Shown one piece after another: positions 45,629 to 55,500 of a stretch of DNA of 64,000 nucleotides (position 1 is its first letter; the number at the start of each line of letters is the position of its first letter). The stretch spans positions 65,766 through 129,765 of the IMG/VR virus record IMGVR_UViG_3300034108_000145; one strand, 5' to 3'. The notes beneath the pieces were generated by a model. That model ran no database searches. It had not been told where the DNA came from and saw only the letters and a program-made list of their open reading frames with translations. Source of the stretch: a virus. A program made the position numbers and the translations under genes.

Positions 45629-46301
45629 TGATACTCACGGATACCACAATCAGTTTCCTGATAGCACTTGGGAAGGTATAGATGTAGTAGTTCACAGCGG
45701 TGACTGCTCTAATTGGTTTGCTGTACATATGAATGAGCCAGAAGTTGTTAACTTCTTAAACTGGTACGAGATGATACCAGTAAAGCATAAGATATATGTA
45801 GCCGGTAATCATGATACTTCTATAGAAAGAAAGAAAGTCACACCAGCTGACTTTGCACAACGTGGTATTATCTATTTAGAGAATTCAGCTACTATTATAG
45901 ACGGTGTCAAGTTCTACGGATCGCCCATTACTCCTACGTTTGGTCAGTGGGCTTTTATGAAAGCTCGTGATAAAACACATGACGTTTGGGCTAAAATCCC
46001 AGATGACACTGATGTACTTATAGTACACGGCCCACCTAAGGGAGTACGTGACTTATCATTTGATAGGCATGGACAGCTTGAATTCTGTGGAGATCAAGCT
46101 CTTACTAAAAGATGCTGGAAGCTACGTGATACATTAAAGCTAATGTGCTTTGGTCACATCCACAATATGGACGGTGTAGATACCAACCAAGGAGTATCTA
46201 CCTACTCACACACTAAGACTAAGTTTTCTAACGCAGCTTGTGTATATGATGGCCGTTTTGATCTTGGACTTACATCTTTTGGTAATGTAATAGAAGTTTA
46301 A
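45609..46301 (+). CDS. Calcineurin-like metallophosphoesterase
   Basis: DTH, GD, GNHD, HGPP and GHIH. Confidence 0.9.
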   Translation: MKILHISDTHGYHNQFPDSTWEGIDVVVHSGDCSNWFAVHMNEPEVVNFLNWYEMIPVKHKIYVAGNHDTSIERKKVTPADFAQRGIIYLENSATIIDGVKFYGSPITPTFGQWAFMKARDKTHDVWAKIPDDTDVLIVHGPPKGVRDLSFDRHGQLEFCGDQALTKRCWKLRDTLKLMCFGHIHNMDGVDTNQGVSTYSHTKTKFSNAACVYDGRFDLGLTSFGNVIEV

Positions 46302-46329
46302 TAACTTTAATTTTATAAACAAACCAGCT

Positions 46330-46560
46330 ATGAAAGATTGTTGCGTATCCTGTGGTGTAGAAACCGCATATGACGAATCAACACACGTAGACATGAGAAA
46401 TGGTTACGTGGAAGGTTTAGGTCAGCTATGCAGTAAATGTTACACTAGCGGTACTAATCGTACTCAGATTTTAGTACCAGAATCTACTATTATAAACACT
46501 CCTAATGATAACGAGTTAGGTAGTAAAGTAAGAAAGATTTATTATGGCTCGAAAGATTGA
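46330..46560 (+). CDS. Small Zn-finger protein
   Basis: CVSC...GQLCSKC. Confidence 0.65.
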   Translation: MKDCCVSCGVETAYDESTHVDMRNGYVEGLGQLCSKCYTSGTNRTQILVPESTIINTPNDNELGSKVRKIYYGSKD

Positions 46561-46798
46561 TGTAGCTAAAGCTATTATTGACCAGATGTTTATCATAGCC
46601 GGCTATCCAGAAGTCGGCTATGATGACGTTGTTGGTAGAAAAGATCAATGGTATCTCCAATGGACTATGACTGAAGCTCAAAGACAAGAGTGGATAGCGT
46701 GGGGAGTTAAGTATTTAAAAAAGAAAAGATACTATAAAAAAATAGCTGAAAGAGAAATGGCTTTTATAGATCTTTATTGTGGACTAAAAACAGTTTGA
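46544..46798 (+). CDS. Hypothetical protein
   Basis: 84-aa ORF. Confidence 0.65.
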   Translation: MARKIDVAKAIIDQMFIIAGYPEVGYDDVVGRKDQWYLQWTMTEAQRQEWIAWGVKYLKKKRYYKKIAEREMAFIDLYCGLKTV

Positions 46799-47079
46799 TA
46801 TTAATGATTCAGTTAAACAATGAGTTAAACACTTTACATAACAATGCTTGTATAAAAGTTTATGATCCTGAACATCAAAAACTTATAGGAGTATACAAGT
46901 CTTTTAGTAAAGCTGGTCAGAAATTAGGGATAAGAGCAACCTCTGTACAGAAGCATTGCTCTAGTAAGAAAAGAGTACTATCACCATTATTAAACAAAGA
47001 AGTAGCTTGTAGACTATCTTCTATAAAACAAGAAGATAACGAGCTTATTGAAAAATCTTTAAAACGTTTTTTAACATGA
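46777..47079 (+). CDS. NUMOD1-like DNA-binding protein
   Basis: IKVYD....LIGVYKSFSKAGQKLGI; true start is probably ~46804. Confidence 0.55.
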   Translation: MWTKNSLILMIQLNNELNTLHNNACIKVYDPEHQKLIGVYKSFSKAGQKLGIRATSVQKHCSSKKRVLSPLLNKEVACRLSSIKQEDNELIEKSLKRFLT

Positions 47080-47345
47080 AAAAATATATAACTACAGCAT
47101 TAAGCTTAGGTACAATAACACTATTGTTTTATACTATGTTTGATTTAAAAGAACAAGTAAAACAAGTTCAAGTGCTACAGCACGAGCTAGATAGTGTTAT
47201 GATTATAAAAGACAGCTTATATGAAGTAAACTTTGAAGCTCAAGTACAGAACGGCAGATATGAATTATCTCTAGACCATTTAAAGTCAGTAGATTCCATG
47301 GCAGCTTATGAATTTATAAACTTTATGGATCATGAAACGGAGTAA
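47076..47345 (+). CDS. Membrane-anchored coiled-coil protein
   Basis: N-terminal TM. Confidence 0.6.
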   Translation: MKKYITTALSLGTITLLFYTMFDLKEQVKQVQVLQHELDSVMIIKDSLYEVNFEAQVQNGRYELSLDHLKSVDSMAAYEFINFMDHETE

Positions 47346-47437
47346 ATGGAACTGGGACTTTATATTAGTAAGTATAGTTGCAGCTGCTACTAGCTTTACA
47401 TTGTGGTACAACATTATAAAATGGATAACAAAATAAT

Positions 47438-47827
47438 ATGAAAGTAAGCTTTGACTTTGACGGAACATTAGAAAATAAAGATGTTCAACACTATGCTAAA
47501 GAATTAATAGAAGATGGCATAGAAGTATGGGTAGTTACTACCAGATGGGATGAAAACCACAAACATAAATATCCTCAGAACGCTACACTAGATGATCTAT
47601 GGGAAGTAGTAGATAAACTAGGTATTCCTAGACATCATGTAAGATTTACTTGTATGGAGTGGAAGCACAAGTATCTAAACGGTACCAACTTTGTATGGCA
47701 CCTTGACGACAATGAAACAGAATTTGATTATGCTAGAAAGACTCAGTGTAACGTACCTATGGTAGATGTACATATGAACGGCTGGCAAAATAAATGTGAA
47801 AAACTGTTAAGAGATGCCATTAATTGA
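47438..47827 (+). CDS. HAD-superfamily phosphatase
   Basis: SFDFDGTL, VVTTR, K and HLDD. Confidence 0.85.
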   Translation: MKVSFDFDGTLENKDVQHYAKELIEDGIEVWVVTTRWDENHKHKYPQNATLDDLWEVVDKLGIPRHHVRFTCMEWKHKYLNGTNFVWHLDDNETEFDYARKTQCNVPMVDVHMNGWQNKCEKLLRDAIN

Positions 47828-47999
47828 GGATCAAGATTATTACACAGAGAACGATAGGGTAATATTTACTGCCAGCTTTCACATCAAACGTGGGAGCTGT
47901 TGTGGTAATGGGTGTAGGCACTGTCCTTATACAAAGCCCCACAAGAAAAATAATACTAAACTAGAAAAGAAGTATGAAAAACCAACAGATAATCAATAG
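47814..47999 (+). CDS. DUF5522-like Cys-rich protein
   Basis: FT..FH.KRGSCCGNGCRHCPY. Confidence 0.75.
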   Translation: MPLIEDQDYYTENDRVIFTASFHIKRGSCCGNGCRHCPYTKPHKKNNTKLEKKYEKPTDNQ

Positions 48000-48128
48000 A
48001 CTTTCTTCTACAGGTATAGAAGACAGTTATATAAAAAGAATTCTTAGAAGAGCTGTTAGAAGATACAGATGTAATGGTATTAGGTTGGTATTTAGAAATT
48101 CTAAAGAAACATTACTTAACATAGAATT

Positions 48129-48551
48129 ATGAAAAAAGCACTATACTTAGATGACCTGCGTACTCCTACAGAAACTATTCCAGGGTACGAGCCTTGGTTT
48201 GTAGTTAGAAACTACGCACAGTTTACAGAGTGGATTAACACTCACGGTATTCCTGATCTTATATCATTTGATCATGACTTAGCCGAAGAGCATATAGACG
48301 ATTATTTTAAACAGAAACTAGCGTTGGGGTACCAGCATCCAAACTATCATGAATACACTGAGAAGACTGGTTTAGATTGTGCTAAATGGTTAGTAGAATA
48401 TTGTCAAGAAAAAAACGTACCTTTAAAGGGCTGTTCTGTTCACAGTCACAACCCTGTAGGTGCTAGCAATATCCATAGCTTGATAAATGGATTTAAAAAA
48501 CACATGGGTTGGCCAGAAGATTGCTACATAGGCAAGCACCCCCATTCATAG
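48129..48551 (+). CDS. Cyclic-phosphate-processing receiver-domain protein
   Basis: LYLDDLR.P, ISFDHDL, TGLDCAKWL and VHSHNPVG. Confidence 0.8.
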   Translation: MKKALYLDDLRTPTETIPGYEPWFVVRNYAQFTEWINTHGIPDLISFDHDLAEEHIDDYFKQKLALGYQHPNYHEYTEKTGLDCAKWLVEYCQEKNVPLKGCSVHSHNPVGASNIHSLINGFKKHMGWPEDCYIGKHPHS

Positions 48552-48568
48552 TAGAAAATAATAAATAA

Positions 48569-48751
48569 ATGGATATAAAAATTGTAGTATTTGACCCACA
48601 CTATTTCATCTTTAGCATTGGTCTATCTTTACATAGATACGAAGAGTACGATGAGACTCACCAATGGGTAAGAAAAGAACTTGACTTTGGATTCTTATTA
48701 TTCTCAGTCAGGTTTAGTATCATAAGAGATAAAGAAAAAAGAGAGGATTAG
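48569..48751 (+). CDS. Small hypothetical protein
   Basis: 60-aa ORF ending in the terminator. Confidence 0.55.
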   Translation: MDIKIVVFDPHYFIFSIGLSLHRYEEYDETHQWVRKELDFGFLLFSVRFSIIRDKEKRED

Positions 48752-48767
48752 TTCCTCTCTTTTTTTT
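48735..48767. terminator. Bidirectional terminator between convergent blocks
   Basis: AAAAAAGAGAGGA-TTAGT-TCCTCTCTTTTTTT. Confidence 0.8.
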
Positions 48768-48770
48768 ATT

Positions 48771-51700
48771 CTATCTAGCATCTGATAACTTCTTCTGATA
48801 GTATATCATTCTGTTAATGTTATTCAATCCAGGTATTGCTTTAGTTACTTTTAAAATAGTACGTTCACCATCATATAGAGGTTCCCCATCATCATTAGTT
48901 TCTAAGCCAGTAATACCGGCAGGGTAATGATACAACGCAGCCCACAGTGCAGTCTTTAAGTTATTTAAAGATGTAATAGAAGGAACCATCTGAGTTGTAA
49001 GATCACCTAAAGAGTCAGTGTCAATATAAAACGTTAAGTCTCTTTTTAATAACTCCATCTGGTTTATAACCATATTCCATTTCTTTCTTTCCTCATCATC
49101 TTCATCTGGAGCTAAACCTTTGATTGCAAGGTATATGCTTGTAATACTTATAATAGCTACTAACTCACTAAAAGCTTTACGTAAGTTTTCTTTTTCTAAA
49201 TCATCAAGATCATCAGTGTTATCTGAGAACGTAGCTCTAAGCATTGCTTTAAAAGCATAAGGAACACCTTCTTCTACAAAAGCCAATCTACCTAAAGTTC
49301 TAAAATAACCTTCTACATCTCTTTCTAGAAACTCATCATACTTTCTAGACTCATAACGGTTAGCTACAGTTTCAGGAAGCCAAGTCTTAAATAAGAACAG
49401 TAGTCTACCCATAACGTTATCCTTACCCATTATACCTGTTCTGTTAGTAGCCAAGCCGTGTAGTCTTTTAGCTACTTGACCTGTCTTTAACATAAACTTA
49501 TCATAAAGGTCTTCAAACTCTAACCCACCATTTAATTCAGGATTATACTTACCATATAACTCTTCGTTAAATTCTAAGTTATCAGTTAAAGCTTTATACA
49601 AAGACACCTCACCTTTTTCAGTGACAATCTTAGTATTTAAAGCCATGGCTAAAGCAGTCTGAGATTTAAATAAAAAGTCAGTACCTTTCATTAAAGTGAA
49701 TGCATTAGGTAGCTTCTCTAGTATCTTATCAGCAGTAGTCTTTTTATTAATTATATTAGCCCTGTATAAACCGTCTTCACCTTCTACAGTTCCTGTATCT
49801 AACATAAACTTAAGGAGCTTAGCAGCATCTTCAGAAACCACATTACCTTTAGTCCAGAACTTAGTTATAGAACCTTTAATCATTGCAGTAGCTGTTCTTA
49901 ACTCAGCAGAGTTAAAATCTCTAGCACCGGTAGCATGAATAACATTATTAACACCACCAATCAAAAGGTTACGTAGAGCAGAAAAGGGTTGGAAAGCTAA
50001 CGCAACAAGTCTTGAATACTTGATATTACTGTCAAGAGTTTTGGTAAGACTAAACAATCTACCACCTAAGTTAGAATGCTCTGACTTAAGCTTGTTAATT
50101 TCTTTCTCAATATTAACCCTTTCTATATCAGTTAAAGAATCTTTTTCTAATTCCTTATTTAAATCTTTAATCTTATTTTCAAGCTCTTGAGCTTTTCTAT
50201 ACTTTTCAGACTTGTGAGTACCTAACGTTATAAGCTCTTTAGCATTATAGAACTTTCTACCTTGGTACACCATAGACTCTTCTACAGGAGCCCCGTAAAA
50301 ACTTCTTTTAATTTCAGACTCAACCATAGCCTGAGTATTCTTAGGAGCTACAGTTTCAACTTTAACTTCACCAAAGTTGTTTACACTCATTGTCTTACCA
50401 GTGTTCTGAATGATTTCATTCATAGCATCAACGTAATCTTGCACCTGCAGCTTATGCTTGTATACAAGACCCATATCACCAAACATTTTCATCATCACAA
50501 CCATGTCCTTAGAACGATCTTCTACAGCAACCTCTTCATTAATGAACTTAGGCTGTAAGTTGTAAACTTTTTTACCAGTAACTGGATCTACTGTTTCTCT
50601 ACGCTGGTAGTCTATAGACGTAAACGTATTCATAAACCAATCACCAAGACCTTTAGTGGCTTCTTTTAAATTAGTAAGCCCATACTCTTGAGCAATCTTT
50701 TCTGTAATAACAGGTAAGAAGTTAGACTGTAAGTCATCAATCTCCTCTTCAGGAAGATAAGATAAGTTTTCTTTTATAAAATCTCTAAAGAATGTATAGA
50801 ATTCATACAAGTCTTTATTAGCAGCAATACGAGTAAAGTTCTGATCGTAGTATCCGCTATCCTTATTATCTACCGTTTTACGTGGTATCTTAATAGTATA
50901 ATACATACCCTTATAAGCATAGTTTGCTATAAGCTTTGGCTGCATCATTTGATCAATAAACTTAATAGGGTTGTGGTCATTATCCCACTTCTCTACAAGA
51001 CTATTAATATATTGTTCTTTAGTCTGACCATCTGGTACAGCTAATTTATTATTTTCATAATCTACTTCTAGATCAATAGCGTAACGCTTCTTCTGATCTA
51101 AGAACTTATTATATAATCTTTCTGATTCTTTAACGATATCAGCAATCTCATCACGAGTAAACCCTTGAGCTAACAAATCATTAACTACACTGACTCTTTG
51201 ATCATCAGTATATTTATCCATCTGTAAAAAAGGTACAGCATTAAATAAGATTGTATTCTTAGCTACCCAAGTGTTATACTGATCGTATGCCTCTTTCTTT
51301 TTAACGTTATCGTTACCGGCAGCTTCTAAAGTGTTGTTTAACACTTTACGCTTAGCTCTCATAGTATCATAATAGCTCTGAGAGTAACGACCAACTAAAC
51401 CTAAAGTCTTAATTATATTATCACCAATCTTTTTAGACTGTTCTTTAAAGAAAATATTAAAGCCGTTAGCTTTAATTTCAGTATTACCTTTAATCTTGTT
51501 ATAAGCATCATCAATCCTTTGATAGTTTTTATTATGCTCTTTATCAATCTTAAGGTTGGCTTCTTGAATTATTTTAGCCAATAGACTAACAATAGGTATA
51601 CCTGTTGTACTAATGTCTCTAGTTTGAGAGCTGATCCAGTTTACATCCTCTAGACCTTTCAGATGATTGTATAAGTCATCAGGCTTGATCTCTTTGTTTT

Positions 51701-52583
51701 CACTAGAGAAAGTCTTAGCAATAAGTTTTACAGAGATATCTGTAAGCTCACGACTAAGATTAATACTTCTTGCTTCTATAGCAGAGATACGCTTAGCATC
51801 ATCATTAGATAACTCTGATAAGTTTTTAACTCCTAATATCATAATGATATTCTTCCAAGCTTCTACCGCACGGTAAGCTATACGGATATCACCCATAGTA
51901 GATCTGCTGCTATTACGTAGCACATCTGTAGCCATATCAAGATCAGTTTCAGCTGTCAAGTATAAATACTCAAGCTCATTCTTTTCTTTTAACTGGGTCT
52001 TCTTTTCTATAGAGTCAGCTATAACGTCATTAAAACGCTTAGCTTGCTTAGTCTTTTCTTCAAAGGAAAGCTTAGGGTTATTGTTAACCTTATCTCTAAG
52101 CTGTCTTGCTTCTTTAATACGTAAGTTTAAAACCTGTATAGTCTTTCTTACATAGTCAGTAAGATCACTAGTTTTTCTAGTGGCTACTGATCTATAGTAA
52201 TCAGCTTTACTTTGTTTCTGACTACCCGTGTTATAAATGCTTCTAATCTCTCCTTTAGCATTCTTAAATACTTTCATACCATCAACTGTTACAACCTTTG
52301 GTTCTTCACCAGTGGTTGTCCAGTCATTACCATACCAAGATTTAAAATCTTTAGAATACAAGTTAGCATATAAACCAAGGGCCACCTCACTAGGATCTGT
52401 AGAGTTTTTAATAAACTTACCTACATAACCCTCTAAAGATTGTTTTACATTTAGAATTACATCACTAGGTACGCCTTTCATTACCTCACTAAGTATATTA
52501 TAGTAAGCTGTAGATTTTACTTCACCACCTGGTAAGTATACACTATCAATTGCATTTTGTGATCTTTTTACAAGACAAGCCAT
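48771..52583 (-). CDS. Large virion/ejected (cargo) protein
   Basis: 1270 aa, helical, hydrophobic C-terminal segments, next to the RNAP gene as in crAss-like giant-gene clusters. Confidence 0.7.
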   Translation of the reverse strand: MACLVKRSQNAIDSVYLPGGEVKSTAYYNILSEVMKGVPSDVILNVKQSLEGYVGKFIKNSTDPSEVALGLYANLYSKDFKSWYGNDWTTTGEEPKVVTVDGMKVFKNAKGEIRSIYNTGSQKQSKADYYRSVATRKTSDLTDYVRKTIQVLNLRIKEARQLRDKVNNNPKLSFEEKTKQAKRFNDVIADSIEKKTQLKEKNELEYLYLTAETDLDMATDVLRNSSRSTMGDIRIAYRAVEAWKNIIMILGVKNLSELSNDDAKRISAIEARSINLSRELTDISVKLIAKTFSSENKEIKPDDLYNHLKGLEDVNWISSQTRDISTTGIPIVSLLAKIIQEANLKIDKEHNKNYQRIDDAYNKIKGNTEIKANGFNIFFKEQSKKIGDNIIKTLGLVGRYSQSYYDTMRAKRKVLNNTLEAAGNDNVKKKEAYDQYNTWVAKNTILFNAVPFLQMDKYTDDQRVSVVNDLLAQGFTRDEIADIVKESERLYNKFLDQKKRYAIDLEVDYENNKLAVPDGQTKEQYINSLVEKWDNDHNPIKFIDQMMQPKLIANYAYKGMYYTIKIPRKTVDNKDSGYYDQNFTRIAANKDLYEFYTFFRDFIKENLSYLPEEEIDDLQSNFLPVITEKIAQEYGLTNLKEATKGLGDWFMNTFTSIDYQRRETVDPVTGKKVYNLQPKFINEEVAVEDRSKDMVVMMKMFGDMGLVYKHKLQVQDYVDAMNEIIQNTGKTMSVNNFGEVKVETVAPKNTQAMVESEIKRSFYGAPVEESMVYQGRKFYNAKELITLGTHKSEKYRKAQELENKIKDLNKELEKDSLTDIERVNIEKEINKLKSEHSNLGGRLFSLTKTLDSNIKYSRLVALAFQPFSALRNLLIGGVNNVIHATGARDFNSAELRTATAMIKGSITKFWTKGNVVSEDAAKLLKFMLDTGTVEGEDGLYRANIINKKTTADKILEKLPNAFTLMKGTDFLFKSQTALAMALNTKIVTEKGEVSLYKALTDNLEFNEELYGKYNPELNGGLEFEDLYDKFMLKTGQVAKRLHGLATNRTGIMGKDNVMGRLLFLFKTWLPETVANRYESRKYDEFLERDVEGYFRTLGRLAFVEEGVPYAFKAMLRATFSDNTDDLDDLEKENLRKAFSELVAIISITSIYLAIKGLAPDEDDEERKKWNMVINQMELLKRDLTFYIDTDSLGDLTTQMVPSITSLNNLKTALWAALYHYPAGITGLETNDDGEPLYDGERTILKVTKAIPGLNNINRMIYYQKKLSDAR

Positions 52584-52585
52584 AG

Positions 52586-55500
52586 TTATAATTTACATTG
52601 ATTTTCTAATTCTAGTTCAGTAGGAAACTCAGCAGCAGTTACTTGTGTACCTACTGACTTCATTGGGTTCTCAAAAGTTGGCTGTACAAAAGCACCTGTT
52701 TCATTAGCTACAGTATTTGTAAGTACGTACACCTTATTTCTAGCACGTGATACAGCAGTATAAAGTATCTGAGCATAAGACTTAGGAGTAAGAATCATTT
52801 CTCCTGATTGCATGCTCGGACGCACATGTTGTGCTATGTTCTTATCATGTACAAAAGGATGATTATAAGTCTGACCTTGAACTTTATGAGCTGACATTAT
52901 ATATCCATGGAAAACATCAGTTATTCCACTGTCTTTCAATCTCATATATTTAAAGTAAGGTAAGAATGATCCATCTTCTAAAATATATCCTTTCCTTTGA
53001 CTATCATATCTAGAAGGTATAAACTGCTCAACAAACTTTTTATCAAAGGCATCAAAGCTAACAACCTGTTTACCGTAATGTGCAGTTATAGCATAAACAG
53101 GTACGTTGATTAAATCACTTTTTCTATTAGTACCTAGGTTATATGTTTTAACAACACTTTTAATAGACTTGATAACAACTCTACTATTCTTAGGCATCTC
53201 AATAGCTTTACCGTTTTCTGTTTTAGCGTTGATTGTAGACCCTAAGAATATAGGTTCTCCATCTACAAAATAACCCTCTTCAGCTTTAGCACCAAATAAA
53301 TTAGTTCTTAAGATGTTATTAATAGTAACAGTGTTAATATGCTTTTCATTATTGTAAGCAATCATCACAGCATTCTGAGAGTTAAACGGATCTTGTTTAA
53401 AAATATTTACATAGTCTGTATAGAACTTCTTAATGTTTGAGGTGTAAAGTACATTCTCAGAAGATGTAGTTACAGTGTTATCTAACATCTTTTCAATTCT
53501 TAAGCCTGTAGCCGCAGAAGGCATACCTTTCTCTAACTGCTGATTATAATAGTCTACAGCTCTACGGAATCTAAAACCAAGATCTGTAATATCTTGATTC
53601 TTAGTACGTTCTACTTTAGATAGGCCAATACTCTTAGATGGATTCTTCATTAGATTAATAGCAAATCCATCTTCATCAGGACGCACTCCAATAGGAGGAA
53701 TCTGTGAGTAGTCACCCATAAACAAAATCTTAAGCTTACTATCTCCAAACTCACCACTTCTTTCTCTAAGACGTTGTTTAATAGCATCTATTTCACGCTG
53801 ACCAATCATTGATGCTTCATCAATAACTAACCAGTCTACAGTAAATATTGGAGGATAAGGTTTTGGCTTATCACCATCAGTATATTCTGATAGAGGTATT
53901 AAGTCAAAGGTTTCTTCACCCGCAGAATTAATCTTAGGTCTAGACCCTAATAATGAAGCAAGTGTAACAGCTTCTTCATTACCTGCACGAACTAACTCAC
54001 CTTTAGCAGTGTGAGATATAGCAGTGTAACCCACTTTAACTTTTTCAGCTGTATTACTTAAAGCTTTATTAATAGCACTTGCTACAGAAGCAGTCTTACC
54101 GGTACCACCTGGTCCGTACAGTAAGAACACGTTGTCTTCTAACTTCTCAGTAGTAGGCTTGTTTAAGAATTCAGATACAGTATCAATAGCTATTATCTGA
54201 TCTTCGTTTGCTTTAAAGGAACCGTTTGGTGTTTTTAACATATAGAAATCTTGTGTTGTTGTATCTTGTGGGTTGTTTATGTCATCCATATTTAACTGAC
54301 CTTCATTAGGATCTCCGTTAATAGTTTCTTCATCAGAATGATCTTGAATATCCGGTTCAGTTATAAGCTTTACAATAGTATCTACACCATTATATAAAGC
54401 TGATTTGTTATCAATTTTTACTCCAATAATATCAGCAAGAGAAGCTACCAAGTTTCTTAACATCTCTTTGAATCTCTCAAGGATACTTGTATTAGTATTC
54501 TCATTATACATAGTTTGGTTCATGAACTGTTGGAAGGTTCTATCAGTCATGATCATACTTACAAACTCATCAACATTTGTAAGACCATAGTACATAGACT
54601 TCTCTTTAGGAGAAAGATCTACATCCTGATTACTACCAAACAACTTATCAATCACCTCAGTAAGCTTAGGACCATGCTCTTCAGAATCTATCATTCTTTC
54701 TTGTAGATCCTTAAACATGTTTGTAAGCCCTGTTGCAAAGATAATCTGTCTTTTGTTAAGACTAGCTTTATTTTCTCTAAAACGCTTAAGAATATCTGCA
54801 GTGGCAGCATGCATAACTTCATGCATAATCACTGTCTCTAAGTTAGCTTTAGCTGTTTGTTTAGGATTATCCTTCTTAGCTAGCTCAGCATTGATTCTAA
54901 TTATACCCGGAGCGTAAGTTCCAGGGTGGGCCATCTCGTTATCTATAATAACATTAGCGTCTTTGATGCTACCAGACTGACCTAAAATCTTAATTAAGTC
55001 TTTAAAGAATGGATTAGTAGTAGTCTTAAAGATGTTATTTAAAACAGTCTTAACGCTATTATCACCATCCATATTAGGGATAAGCTCTTTTACTACAGGG
55101 TCTGTCTGTGCTTGACCAAACTCAACAGGTTGATTCTGAAGCTCTTCTAGATTAATCTCAGTAGTGTCATCCATATCCATACCTAACATGTCATCCAAGT
55201 TAAGAGTATCAGTAGGATCTGTGATAACTATCTCTTCTGTAGGGTTTATTTGTGTACTAACATCAGCAATAGAAGTTTCTGTTCTTACAGAGTTAAAGGT
55301 ATTATCATATACGTCAAAGATAGCTTGTAAAGACTCCTCAGTCATTTTACCATTATCTTGTCTACTACCTATACCAGCAAAGTTTTTAGATAGAACAGGA
55401 ACTCCAGAAGCAGCAAACTCCTTACCGTTCCATGTATACCATGAATTATCTTTAAGGTTGAATACATGGGTTTCTTTATTGTTAGCTTGAGCCATAGCTA

